Shown here one piece after another: positions 11,439 through 22,777 of a stretch of 64,000 nt of DNA (positions are counted from its first letter, which is position 1; every line of letters begins with the position of its first letter). The notes under the pieces were generated by a model. The model saw only the letters and a list, made by a program, of their open reading frames with translations, did no database searches and was not told where the DNA came from. Position numbers and translations under genes: made by a program. Source of the DNA: Cyanophora paradoxa CCMP329 (taxonomy: Eukaryota; Plantae; Glaucophyta); the NCBI GenBank assembly GCA_004431415.1, contig QPMI01000132.1, positions 1-64,000 on the forward strand, read 5' to 3'.

Positions 11439-14034
11439 ATCGCTCGTTCGATGTTACATGCCACAAACGACTTCGAACACGACTCTCGGCGCACCGGAAG
11501 TCCTCCTCACTCCGCCACCACTCCTCCTCGACGACGACGGCTTCGACGGAGCCGACGAAGTCGAATTCTTGGTGCCATACCAAATTCACCGCAACCCAGC
11601 ACACGGCACGTTTTTCGTGCAGATCTGCAACCCTCACAGGCGGCCTGTCCGCCTGCGAGCCGGAACTGTGATTGCGGAGACTGAATTCGGGACTTGGCCG
11701 GAGTCCGAATTCCGTCCACACGAGAATGTCGAGACCTACCCCAAGGGGTGTTACAGCTCCTGGACACCTCAACAACAACTGACATTCCCGATCTCTTCCG
11801 TAGCCGCGCAAATCTACGAGAACTTCAAGCCTGTTGTCGTACCCCGACGCTCGCAACCACGGCGCTACATCTCCCGAGCCCGACGCCTCTACCCGGAGGT
11901 CTACCACCGACGACCGCCCGAACCCAACTGCAAGGAGGGCGAGGCGGCGCATGTTGGCTCCGTCGATGCTGCTGCCGACATCCGCTATCCCACGAGGCCA
12001 GCGAGCGTCTCATGTCGTACGTCGCACGTGTCGTCACCCCTTACACTGCTCGAACCGGCGATCACTTCAACGACAAGGAGCTCATGGAGCTGGCCAGTTT
12101 CTTCGAGCCTCACTTCGCCCGCTTCGACTCCGAGCCGATGCTGGTTGGCCCCGCAGTCGGCCCACGGTGCCCATCGCGTCCGTCAATGCCGACGCTCGAA
12201 TGGAGCCCCGTCGAGTGACACTGCGCCTCCTACAAAGCCATCGCCCGAGACCATCAAGGCGATGGTGGACGCCCTGTTGAAACCATCGGAGTCGAACCCC
12301 GACGCCCTTCCCGAGGATCGCACTCAACTCCAGAACCTTCTCACGCAACGCCAGCACTGCTTCGCCCAGAACATCAATCCACGCGAGCTCCTGAAGTACA
12401 AGCACAGCATCCGACTTCTGCCCGGCGTCCCCGCCAAGCACCTCCCGCTGTACACCGTCCCTCGCCGGCTCTCTCCGCCTGCGGAGAAGGCTGCGAAGGC
12501 GGAAATCGAGAAGCTGCTACGCGACGGTCTCATCGAGCCTTCGCAAGCTGGTTTCGGCAGCCCCGTGGTGCTGGCACCGAAGAAGGATGGCACGATGCGA
12601 TTCTGCGTCGACTACAGGAAGCTCAATTCCCTCACGGAACGCGATGTCTTCCCGTTGCCACGCATTGAGGACCAATTGGAGCGCCTACAGGGTGCGTCCA
12701 CGTTCTCGACTGGCGACGCAACGTCGGGTTTCTGGCAGTTGGAACTCGACGAGGAGTCACGTGACCTGACGACATTCATCGTCCCCTGGGGAATGTACAG
12801 GTGGAAAGTGACCCCTTTTGGTATCACGAACGGCCCAGCGGCGTTCTGTCGAGCCGTGACGTCAATTTTGGGCAACCTTTTGTCCACCTGCGTCGTGGCG
12901 TACGTCGATGACCTCACGGTCCACTCGCCGAACGTCAAACAACACCTTCTCGACCTGGAGGCCTTCTTCGCTGCGATCGACCGCGGTAACCTCAAACTCA
13001 AGCCCAGCAAATGTCGTTTCATGGTGCGGGAAGTCGAGCTGCTCGGATTCCGTGTCAGCAGCGACGGCATTCGCATGGACCCCAAGAAGGTTGAGATCAT
13101 CTCCAAGATCACGGCGAACGAACTCCAGACTGTCGAGCAACTCCGCAGTTTCCTCGGCCTCACGGGCTTCTACCGGCGCTTCGTACAGAGTTACGCGCGA
13201 CGGGAACTTTCCCTGCGAGACCTCCTTACGGACGCACTACGAGCCGACCGGCTCAACTTGGTGTGGAATGACGAGGCTCTCGCTGCGTTGGACGACCTCA
13301 AGAAGGCGATGTGCGAGGACATTGTGCTGATGCTGCCCGACTTCACAAAGCCGTTCATCATTTACACGGACTGGAGCAAACGGGCCATGGGAGCGGTGCT
13401 CATGCAGGAGGACAAGGACGGCCGCGAGCGCCCGATCGCATTCATCAGTCGTACTCTGACAAACATGGAGCGCAAGTACCAATCACCAACGGAGGGCGAA
13501 TGCATTGCGGTACTCTGGGCGGTTAAGGTCTGGCACCACTACTTCGTCTGCGGCCACCCGTTCACGATCCGCACGGATCATTCGGCGTTGCAATGGTTGA
13601 AGACACAGGAGCTGGCGAACAACAAGACGCTTGGGCGCGCGGCCATCGCCCTCAACCACTACAACTACGTATACACTATCGAGTACCGCAACGGGCGGTC
13701 GAACGTCGTTGCGGACTGCTGCTCTCGCCTTGCGGAGACGCACGCAGTGTACAAGCCTGGCGGCGCTGACGGCACTGACATCACGACTTCGATACCAGAC
13801 GGCGCTCACGGGTTCGGTGTGCCCGATGCGGGAGACTACGACGATCCACGCGAACTCTACCGCGTCGCCATCCACCGCACCTCCTCGGCCCTGCAACATA
13901 CTCTGGACGGGCCGGCGTGGATCCCTACTGGGGATAGACGCCGCGCCACCACGCGACCCGAGCACCTTGCCCGGCGCCACCGCGCCGAGACCGCGACGAC
14001 CCTCAGACTTCACGGCGACGTCCAAGGTCGTTGA
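11344..14034 (+). CDS. pol: Reverse transcriptase + RNase H (element A), with N-terminal dUTPase-like beta segment
   Basis: SPVVLAPKKDGTMRFCVDYRKLN, TPFGITNGP, YVDD; RNase H IYTDWS...ECIAV...TDH...ADCCSR. Confidence 0.95.
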   Translation: MANDSTSFSAAGQHDGGVLVRLAKDITVRPGESLVRCYMPQTTSNTTLGAPEVLLTPPPLLLDDDGFDGADEVEFLVPYQIHRNPAHGTFFVQICNPHRRPVRLRAGTVIAETEFGTWPESEFRPHENVETYPKGCYSSWTPQQQLTFPISSVAAQIYENFKPVVVPRRSQPRRYISRARRLYPEVYHRRPPEPNCKEGEAAHVGSVDAAADIRYPTRPASVSCRTSHVSSPLTLLEPAITSTTRSSWSWPVSSSLTSPASTPSRCWLAPQSAHGAHRVRQCRRSNGAPSSDTAPPTKPSPETIKAMVDALLKPSESNPDALPEDRTQLQNLLTQRQHCFAQNINPRELLKYKHSIRLLPGVPAKHLPLYTVPRRLSPPAEKAAKAEIEKLLRDGLIEPSQAGFGSPVVLAPKKDGTMRFCVDYRKLNSLTERDVFPLPRIEDQLERLQGASTFSTGDATSGFWQLELDEESRDLTTFIVPWGMYRWKVTPFGITNGPAAFCRAVTSILGNLLSTCVVAYVDDLTVHSPNVKQHLLDLEAFFAAIDRGNLKLKPSKCRFMVREVELLGFRVSSDGIRMDPKKVEIISKITANELQTVEQLRSFLGLTGFYRRFVQSYARRELSLRDLLTDALRADRLNLVWNDEALAALDDLKKAMCEDIVLMLPDFTKPFIIYTDWSKRAMGAVLMQEDKDGRERPIAFISRTLTNMERKYQSPTEGECIAVLWAVKVWHHYFVCGHPFTIRTDHSALQWLKTQELANNKTLGRAAIALNHYNYVYTIEYRNGRSNVVADCCSRLAETHAVYKPGGADGTDITTSIPDGAHGFGVPDAGDYDDPRELYRVAIHRTSSALQHTLDGPAWIPTGDRRRATTRPEHLARRHRAETATTLRLHGDVQGR

Positions 14035-15204
14035 CGCCCGACACTCAGCGAGTGCGTGACATCGTCGAGAACGGCGGCCTGGAAGACGTGGAGTCCCAGA
14101 TCACGCTGGAACGGCTCCACGAGAACGGCGCCTCTCTGCCCCCGACGTCGTACCCATGGAAGTTGACACGCCTGCACCGGCCGCAGCGGCAGACGAGGCG
14201 GGCGCGACGGCCCCTCCTGCACGGCGACGCCGCGGGTGACGAACCTCGAGCATACACTCGACGGCGCGGCCTGGCTACCGGCCGAGGGTCGCCGCCGCCG
14301 ACTTCAAGTTCAAGGACAGGAGAGCTCCGCTGACGGGCTTCAAGCTCGAGGACGGGAGAGCTCGGCCCGGAGGCCTCGGTCTCAGTCACCGGAAGGAGGG
14401 GGAGGGGGTACAGACGAGGAGAGCGAGCCGTCGCTACCCCGTCCATCTTTGCGAGGCTTCGATCGTCAAGCAGCTGACCGCACGCTACGCGACTCTGTGG
14501 AACGGGCACGACGCCGGGCCCTCACGGATGACGGCCAATCTTCGCAGTCCTCGGCGTCCGACGGAACGTCGAACTCAAGACGGAGCACGGCTTGGAGTGT
14601 CCCGCGCCAATACCAGCGACGGCTTGAAAAGGACTACGCTGACCGCCTCGCCAGTGATCGCGACAGACGTTCGCGTGCGGCCCGAGATCTGCACGAAGCC
14701 TCGCGGGAAAGGACGGCGACGACGCTCGAACGGCGACGCCAACTGGCAGAGATGGGCCGTACCCCGTCTGAGATCGACGCGCTCGTACCCCTGCCCTCTG
14801 TTCGGAACCGAACCCCGGAGGAGCGGCGCAGACGGCGACAATCCCGCAAGGCGCTGAACGCCAAGGCATGCCCCGTACCGCGGGTGAAGCCTCCCAAGGG
14901 CAAGAATTCACGGCAGTCTCGATATGCCATTGCGCCCCCGTCGCATCTCGACGTTGCTGACGAGGAAGAGTACATGCACTTCCTGCAGCAAGAACGTGAC
15001 CTCGGTCGTCCGCGACCTGATCCCACTTCTAGCAGCGCTATCGCCCGCTGGACGAAGGTGAAGGCGCCCAGAATGAGCCGACACACGTTCGCTTGCCGCG
15101 TGGCACCGTTGTCATGGACACCTGGAGCGAGGGCCCCCGCCCCTCGTTGACGTTCCTCCGCCACCGACGATCCGTGAACTTGTTTCCGATGGACCGCGGT
15201 CATC

Positions 15205-16661
15205 ATGGCTCAGGCTCGTGACCCTCTTTGCCAGATGGTGTTCGCACTTCTTCGCGAGAAGGAGAACCTGGCGCGCTGTCACTCCCACTACACTGCTGGT
15301 GAACGTGACCCGGAGGTGCTTGGGAGCTGCATTCTCTGCAAGTCTGCACGCGATCGCTTCGCTCGTGAAGCTACTCAGTACACGATCGATGAGCAAGATA
15401 CCGTACTGCGGTTGCCCTTGCTCCCCACTATGCGGCCTCAGATCGTTGTACCCCAGAGTGGCGGGAGAAGATTGTTCACGCTTACCACGATGACTGGGCT
15501 CACCGTGGTGCCCCCATTGTTGCTCGGCGCATCGCCTCACGGTTTTGGTGGCCGGGCATGACGACTGCTGTCCATCGCTACGTGAAGACGTGCCGACACT
15601 GTCAGTTTGCCAAGGCTCACAAGAAGCCGAAGTCACAATTCACTGTGATCGAGTCTGAGCATCCTGGCGACTTGCGTCAAGCCGATCACTTCCCTATGGC
15701 GCCCTCTGAGAACGGTCGACTTCACCGTTTCACACTTGTGCACATTGACGTCGACGCTTTTACCAAGTACCCTGAGATTTTGATGCTGACGGAGGCTGAT
15801 GGTCGTGCCTGTGAGTGGGCTGCACAAACTGTGTACGCGAATCACGGCCCTTGCAAGCGGTATCTCACGGATAACGCCAAGGTCTTCACGCCTACTAGTC
15901 TCTGGGGCAAATTCTGGACTCGCCAGGGTACTCGGTTGATTTACGCTCCCACGTCCCACCAGTCCACGAACGGCGGTGCTGAGCGGCTTGGTGGCATTTA
16001 CAAGCGCTTGGTGTATGCTCTTTGCGATGAGAACGGGGAGGACAATTCCCATTGGCCTTTCTATCATTATCGCGTGCTCTTCGCTCTCCGGACCACGATT
16101 CACGCTGCCACTGGTTTTTCACCCGCCGCTCTGCACTTTGGACGAGAATTGATGTTGCCTGGCGATCTTCGTCTCGACCTCACCCTGCGCGAACCTCACG
16201 AAGATCCCGTTTCTCTCTACGATTACGCTTTGTCGGTCGCTCGAGCCGCCCGCGACCAAATCTCTGCCGTCCGAGAACACCGCAAACTTTACAACAAGAA
16301 GTTGCTTCGCTATGGCACTGGCCGTGAGCTGCATCGTGTTTTCAAGCCTGGTGACAAAGTGTTGTGCTGGATTATCAGCGCGAAGACCAGTAACGTCAAG
16401 CGCACTGGGCCTCGCAATGGTTGGACTGGCCCTTACACTGTCACTGAGGTTCACTCTCACGGTCTTTTGTACACTGTCCGAGGCGATGACACTTCACTGG
16501 TGTATCGCTCGCGCGAGGTTCTCATGCACGTTGATCTCATGATCGCTTTTCACGAGCGTCCTGCCAATGTTCTCGCTCCCCGCAAAGCCGGTCGCCCTCG
16601 CAAGGCCCCGTGCCTGTGCCGCCCGATCATGAGGTCCCGTGCCTCCGCCACCTGCCGTTGA
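15205..16661 (+). CDS. Integrase (element A; frameshifted)
   Basis: H-H-C-C zinc motif (HRG...CRHC), core ADHF/TDNA/GAERL, FKPGDKV...WTGPY SH3-like module, terminal GRPRK. Confidence 0.9.
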
Positions 16662-16915
16662 TCCCGATTCACTTTCCGATGATGACACGACGGATGACGA
16701 GTCTTGAATCACAGCCCGTACTGCGGTTTACCGGATTCACTTCCGTTGTCGATGACGTGCCCTTCACTGGGATGTGGCTTGCGAGTTTCGGGAATTCTCT
16801 CTTGGCGCTGGGTCAGCGGCTGATCACTGCTGCCTGGTTTGCCCTCAACCAAATGCGCAGCTCTACATCTCTTCTGATCCAGCCGCGTGGAAGCGTCTGT
16901 GAGGACCTGGAGAGC

Positions 16916-17213
16916 TGTTGCCGATAGGGTTTCCTAGCCGTTAGTGCTTTGTTTGCACTTCGTTCGCAGTAGTACCGTGACTTGACCCGCGGCTTCTCGC
17001 GATTTCCTGAGTCACTGTACCCCTGTACGAAGATGCGACCCTAGCTACTTTTTCTGACTCTAGCTTGATACTTTCCGGTAGCCGTGTCCTAGGGTACACA
17101 GTAGTCTGTGATTAGCAGCTTTCTCTTGCAACGTGACAGCCTGCTCGCCTGCTGCTGGTACGCTACGGGAAGGTTGCTAAGGTCTACTGGGACGTATAAA
17201 ACCTCCTAAAACA
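16916..17213 (+). repeat. Candidate 3' LTR of element A
   Basis: TGTT...AACA termini, 298 bp (similar to the B and C LTR lengths), a weak purine-rich tract upstream and a GGGTACAC motif shared with B/C LTRs. The partner LTR is not in the window. Confidence 0.45.
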
Positions 17214-17599
17214 GCAGCTCGCCGGGCGGGACGGGAGGCGCTTCGGGCGGCAGAGCGGCTATCCGGGCGGGGCGGAGGCACGGCGGGCGGCGGCGCGTCT
17301 CGACGGGCAGGGCGGAGGCGCGTTCTGCCGCGGGGGCGACGCCGGCGCAGCTCGCAGGGCGGGGCGCCGCGGCGGAGGCGCGGCGGGCGGCGGCGCTTCT
17401 GAAGCTCTAGTCCTCCGCTGAGCTAGATCTCGTCCTCCCCCACTTCTGAAAAAAGCACCGAGCTGTTATCAGAGTCCACACTATCTCGGCTCAAAGCTAA
17501 CGTGACCAGCTACAGGGGTGAACTTTCCTGCTTGACCTTTAGAGGTCCTTCCCCTCCAACAGGGGCAGTGCAACTGCAGTGTCCCTGTTCCGTTCATAT
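17214..17599 (-). repeat. Partial inverted copy of the 24553..24936 repeat
   Basis: Near-exact reverse complement of 24553..24936, ending at the element A boundary. Confidence 0.9.
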
Positions 17600-17609
17600 C
17601 TCTCGGCAA

Positions 17610-19072
17610 TCGTGACTTGGCGCTCGCTTCCCGTCCCGGCTTCGAATTCTCAACTGGAGACTTGCTTAAGCTTTTTGTCTTTTTCCAGTTTAATCTTTGC
17701 CATTGGACGTTCTCCTGGCCGGCGGGTTGTCCTCGAGTCTCGTCACTTAAAGCTTTGTACACATCTATAGCTACATATATCGATTGCAAATGCCACTAGC
17801 TTTTAACTAGGTCTTCGACTCGCCGCCTCCCCCTGCTCGTCTCAGGATGTGCAAGGTGGGGTCTAAACTACAGACTCTAGCTGAAAGACAGCATCTGAAG
17901 GTATACGTAGCAGCTGAACGTTCGCTAGGCGTAGGGCTGGGCCGCCCGGCGGCGAGCCGCGCCGCCGCCCGCCGCCCCGCCGCCCCGCCCAGCGAGCCGC
18001 TCCGCCGCCCGCCGCATCCCCGCCCCGGCCGCGAGCCTCGGAGCCTCGGAGCCGCGCCGCCGCTAGCCCGCCTCCGCCCGTCCCGCGAGCCGCGCCGCCG
18101 CCCGCCGCCTCTCCGCCCCGTCCCCGAGCCGCGCCGCCGCCCGCCACGCTTCCGCCCCTGCCGGCGAGCCATGACGTCGCCCGCCGCGCCTCTGGTTTCG
18201 CCGGCGAGCCGCGCCGCCGCCGCCTCTCGCCCGTCCGCGAGCCGCGCCGCCCGCCGCCTCTCGCCCGTCCGCGAGCCGCGCCGCCGCCCGCCGCCTCTCC
18301 GCGCCGTTCCGCGAGCCGCGCCGCCGCTAGCCCGCCTCCGCCGCCGCCGGCGAGCCGCGCCGCCGCTCGCCGCATCTCCGCGCCGTCCCGCGAGCCGCGC
18401 CGCGCCCGCCGCGCCTCCGCCCCTGCCAGCGAGCCGTGCCGTCGCCCGCCGCGCCTCCGCCTGTTGTCCGCGGCCACGCCCCGCCCTTTGCCGAGCCGCC
18501 TGCGCAGCTGCCCGCTGCGCGCCCCCGCCCCATCAAGCGAGCCGCGCAGCCGCCCCCCACGCTGTCCCGCGTCCGGCGAGCTGCCGGCGGGCCGCCTCGC
18601 AGCGCCTCCTGGCCATATGCAAGCGCACCGTTTGCAGTTGTGGCCGACTGCAAGGCATCCGTCATGACCGCCCATCGCCCGGCGCTGCGGCATATGCATC
18701 GGCCATGTCATACTGCGGAGCGCGCGACGTCGCGCCGCGCCCGAATAGGAGCCTCGGAGCTAGCCTAGTAGTGGGACTTGTGGGAGCTGCATGCGCTGCG
18801 ATGGTCGCGGCCGGTTCGGGCAGTACTAGTTGCGGCGGGTTCGACGGGCCGTTGCGGCGACGTATTTAGCTAGGAGCTAGCTGCGCCGCGGCGCGGCGAC
18901 GGTGCGGTGATCATGAGCCGACCTATCTAGCTAGGAGCTAGCGGCCGGGGTACTTCAAAAACATTTCGACGACGGAAAAAAGACCGACTTGCGAACTGGC
19001 CGACTTGGACAGCGTGACAGACAATCCGACGGGTAGCAAGGGGGGTTTGAGCAGCTGACCCCCCCTTGCAAT
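17610..19072 (+). mobile_element. Putative non-autonomous element with internal GC-rich repeats and terminal hairpin
   Basis: gagccgcgccgccgc repeats at ~17940-18600, a CTAG-rich tract, and terminal hairpin GCAAGGGGGG...CCCCCCTTGC followed by AAT. Layout resembles 24553..26138; boundaries approximate. Confidence 0.4.
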
Positions 19073-19099
19073 TTCCTCATGATCACGAGAATCGCATCC

Positions 19100-20018
19100 A
19101 GAGAGTTTATTCCTCGAGGCGCCGGCGGGGGCAGGATCGGAGAGCGCGCGCGGCCGGCGGAGGCCCTGAGGCGGGCAAGGCCTAGGGCGGGCCGGGGCGG
19201 GGCGGGGCGGACCGAGGCGGGCGGGGCGGGGCGGGAGGGCGGGCGGGGCGGACCGGCGGCGCGGGCGCCGTCGGGGCGGTGCCGACGGCGAGGCCGAGCG
19301 CCTCCGCCATCCGCCGCAGCATCAGCACGTTCGTCTGCGCCCCGCCCGGCCCTGCTCGGCCCCGCCCGGCGCAAGCCTCGGGGCGGGGCGGACCGGCATG
19401 TCGTCGACGACGAGGGCCCAGGGCGGGCCCTCGGGCGGCCGGCCCCAGGGCGGCGGGGGCGGCGGGGGAGGGCGGGGCGGGGGAGCCCTCTCCCCACGCT
19501 GGCGAGCCGCTTGACGGCTCCTCCGCCCCTGCAGCCTGCCACGCCGTCAGCGGCGGCTGGCGACGGGGCGGGGCGGGGCGGCGGGCCTGGCGGCGAGGGC
19601 GCGGGCGAGCTGGGAGGGGCGGACGGGGAGCAGCACGCCGGCCCGCGGGCGCCCGGGGCCAGCGCCTCGTGGTCCGACTCGCACACGGGCACCTGGCCGG
19701 CGTCGCCGGCGGCGGCGGGGGCGCGGCGGCGCGGCCGCACCTCGAGCGCGCCGTCGGCGGCCGCGGGCGGGCGGGGGCTCGGGGCCGAGCGACGCCCGCC
19801 GGCGCTCCACGAGGAGGAGGCGGGGCCCGGGCGGCGCCTCGGGCCAGGGCCCTCGGGGGGCGCCCCACTGCTGGAGGTAGTACGCGAGGACCTGCGGGGG
19901 CGGTGGGGCGGGGCGGGGCTGGCGGGGCCGATGCCCCGCGGGGCGGACCTCGGCGTGGGCGGCGAGGCGCGGCGCGAGGGCCACGCGGCCGGCGGCCCCC
20001 GCGAGGTCGGGCCACGGC

Positions 20019-20056
<38 letters not shown>

Positions 20057-21075
20057 CTCGGGCCCGGGCCCGGGCTCGGGGCTGGGGGCGAGGCGGACGG
20101 TGGCCCAGAACTCGGCGCCGCAGCCCTCCTCCGAGGCGACCCCACGCGCCCGCCCATCGCCTCCGCCAGCCGCTTCGTGATCGCCAGCCCTGCGCCCCGT
20201 CGGCCGCCGGGCGCGGGCCGGGGCGGGGCGGGGCGGGGCGGGGCGGACCGAGGCCGGTGCCCTCGAACATGCGGGCGGAGGGGCGGGAGGGCCCGAGCTG
20301 CGAGAAGGGCCGGAAGAGGAGCCGCTGCAGCTCCGAGGGGACCCCCTCCCTGCGCCCCGTCACCGGCGGCCGGCGGGGGCGGCGGGGCCGTCGGGGCACC
20401 CGTTGTCGCGGACGGAGACGCGGAAGGCGGCCTCGCCGGGGCCCTCCGCCGGCCCCAGCGCCGCCAGGCGCAGCTCCACGCGCCCGCCCCGCGGGCTGAA
20501 CTTGATCCCGTTCGAGAGATAGTTCATCACCTGCCGGCCGCGGCGCGCTCAGCGGGGGCGCGCGGGGCGGGCGGGGCGGCGGGAGAGGGGCGCGCGATGC
20601 GGCGGAAGGCGACAACGTCGCCGACGACGGCGCGCGGGACCGCCGGCGGCACGAAGAGCAGCACGTCTGCGCCGCCGTGCCCGTCGGCTGGGCCGCGCCG
20701 GGGCGCACGCGCGGGGCGCCCCCGCGCGCACCGATCTCCTTGCCCCGCGCCGTTTGGGCCGACATGAGCACCGTCTCTGCCGGCGCGGTCGGCTTCGCGA
20801 GGGGCGCGGGGGCGGGGCGGGGGTACCCTCGAGGACGTCGACGGGGTCAAAGGGTGTACCCTCCTCGAGCCCGCTGTACTCCAGAATCTGGGGGCCGCGG
20901 GGGGACGTCGGAGGGGGGGGGGGAAGGCGGGGCGGGCGGACGGGGCGGGGGTACGGAGTTCATGAGGGAGAGGAGGACGGAGCCGGCGGAGCCGATGTTG
21001 GCGACGTACTCGCGCTGCTCCTCCGAGAGCGCCGTCTCCGCCAGCAGCTCGTGCATCCCCAGGATCCCTTCACTG
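19100..21075 (-). CDS. Hybrid sensor histidine kinase (HisKA remnant, HATPase_c, receiver start); intron-rich, probably partial
   Basis: GILGMHELLAETALSEEQREYVANIGSAGSVLLSLMNS; NYLSNGIKF (N box); LFRPFSQ...EGTGLG-LAITKRLAEAMGG (F/G2 boxes); LVVDD..TNVLMLRRM (receiver). Confidence 0.8.
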
Positions 21076-22777
21076 CGCCCCGTCCCGGCCCCACACGATG
21101 CCACACCGCGCGCGCCGAATCGGAAGCCAGTCAAGCGCGCGGCGAGGATGCTGGCGCCTGCGCCGCGGCCGACACGTTCTGCGGAGGTGGGGCAGTCAAT
21201 AAATGCGCGCGCATGGCTCGCCGACCCCAGCGCGTACCGTCGACGTCAACATCATGAAGATCGCCTAGGCCTGCACATGTCAGCTGCAGCGCAGTCCCAG
21301 GCGCCGGCGCCCCTGCGGAGTCGAGATCGCCAGTGTGAGGACATGACGAGAATATGCATGCCTTCGCGCGTACGTGCGGATTGGAGAAGCAGTTGCAAGG
21401 CGAGACGCCCGGCCGCGGCCGCGGAGAGGGCGCCGCGCGCGGAGCTCCCACTCCGCTGCGGGATCGCGGCCTCCGCCTCCGCAGGCGCACTGGCCGGCGC
21501 CGGCTCCACTCCGCATCTACGGCGCGCCGTCGTTGCGGTTGCCGCGTGCGCTCGTCGCGGTGCGCGGCGCCAGCGGGGCACGGGCAGCGAGCTCAAACTG
21601 CACCAACTCGACCGGACTTGGGATTTCATGATCACGATCAAACTCGATCGGGCGGTCAGCGTGCCTACCACGAGATCGACACGTATCCCCCCGCAGGCTC
21701 ACCCCCAGAGTCGACCTAGAGATCAGCGCCCAGCAGCCGCAGCTGCAGGAAGCGAGGGGCGAGCCAGGCAAGCAGATCGAAAACCACTAGCCAGGCGACT
21801 GGGAGCTTTGCGAGGTCGCGGTCGCATCAAGGTGCGAGGCGAATGTGGGCAGAACGGTAGCTCTGGGGCGCCGCGCGCGCGATCCGTTCGCGGCAATCCG
21901 CTCTCAGTGGCCTTAGCTAGTGAATCGTGTGAGTCCGCCACTCCCTGGCGTCGCCGCCGCGCGCCGCGGCGCGGGCCGCGGCCGTCGCGTGCCGCCGACT
22001 CAACCAGACGCTGGCCGCGGCCATGCGCGCGCTGAAGCATACTCTAATGCACGCACGCTGTCGACAACGCCGGCGCCGCGCGCTGCGCCGGCGCCGCGGC
22101 CGCGGAATTCGAAGCTAACGCGTAATTGGACTGCATGCGCCAGGCGCCGTCCAGGTTTAGGCTTCGAGTTCGCGGCCGGAGTCAAGACAGAAGTAGCTCT
22201 TTACTTGCGCCGTGCGCCGGGCCTACGCGTGGACCGGGCCTTGCAATTGCGCGCGGCGCTTCCAATCGGGTGAGTGTGCAATTGCAAGTTCCTCCTCAGT
22301 GCGGCCTTAAGCTTCTAGCTTGCCAGCCTTAAGGTCTCCTCCATGCCCAGCTTGCCAGGTTGATTTATGAGGCAGCAGGCCTGGGAGCACCACAAGCAGT
22401 GGTCGTGGAGCCGCGCGTACTAGTGACGCAGAATCGACTTCACGTGTGCATGTATGCGTACAGAGCTGGCGCTAGCTCTGGCCATGGAAGCAGGTCCGCG
22501 GACGCTGTGCCAGCTGCAGCTGCAGGCCTCGGCCCGGCACCTCCGACTGCGCCGGCGTCAGCTTCATCGTCCCGCCCCGCTGATCAACCTCGTCCGCCGG
22601 TTCGTCAAGCCTATCTTCCCTCTAGATATCCGTTCATTTCGAGCTCTAGATGTAGATTCCTGTTCTCATTCTTCAACTCGTTTATCTTCGATCTTTCTTA
22701 ATTCGTCATTCTTCTCCATTACTCGAACCTGTCTCATGCCTTGATCATGAGCTCGTAATTGTAATCAATTTGTGCAG

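Larger units (their letters stand above)
1..17213 (+). mobile_element. Element A: large Ty3/gypsy LTR retrotransposon (5' end outside window)
   Basis: Domain order is protease (LVDTGA), RT (YVDD), RNase H, integrase (HHCC + DDE), preceded by ~10 kb of co-oriented frameshifted ORFs. The 3' boundary is inferred where homology to the 24.5-kb repeat begins (17214). Confidence 0.9.

Noticed and set aside
17847-22035. Long Arg/Pro/Ala/Gly ORFs (also 27850..29988, 42704..44776, 55400..57583)
   Set aside because: Stop-poor shadow frames of GC-rich repeats and introns, or antisense to real genes.
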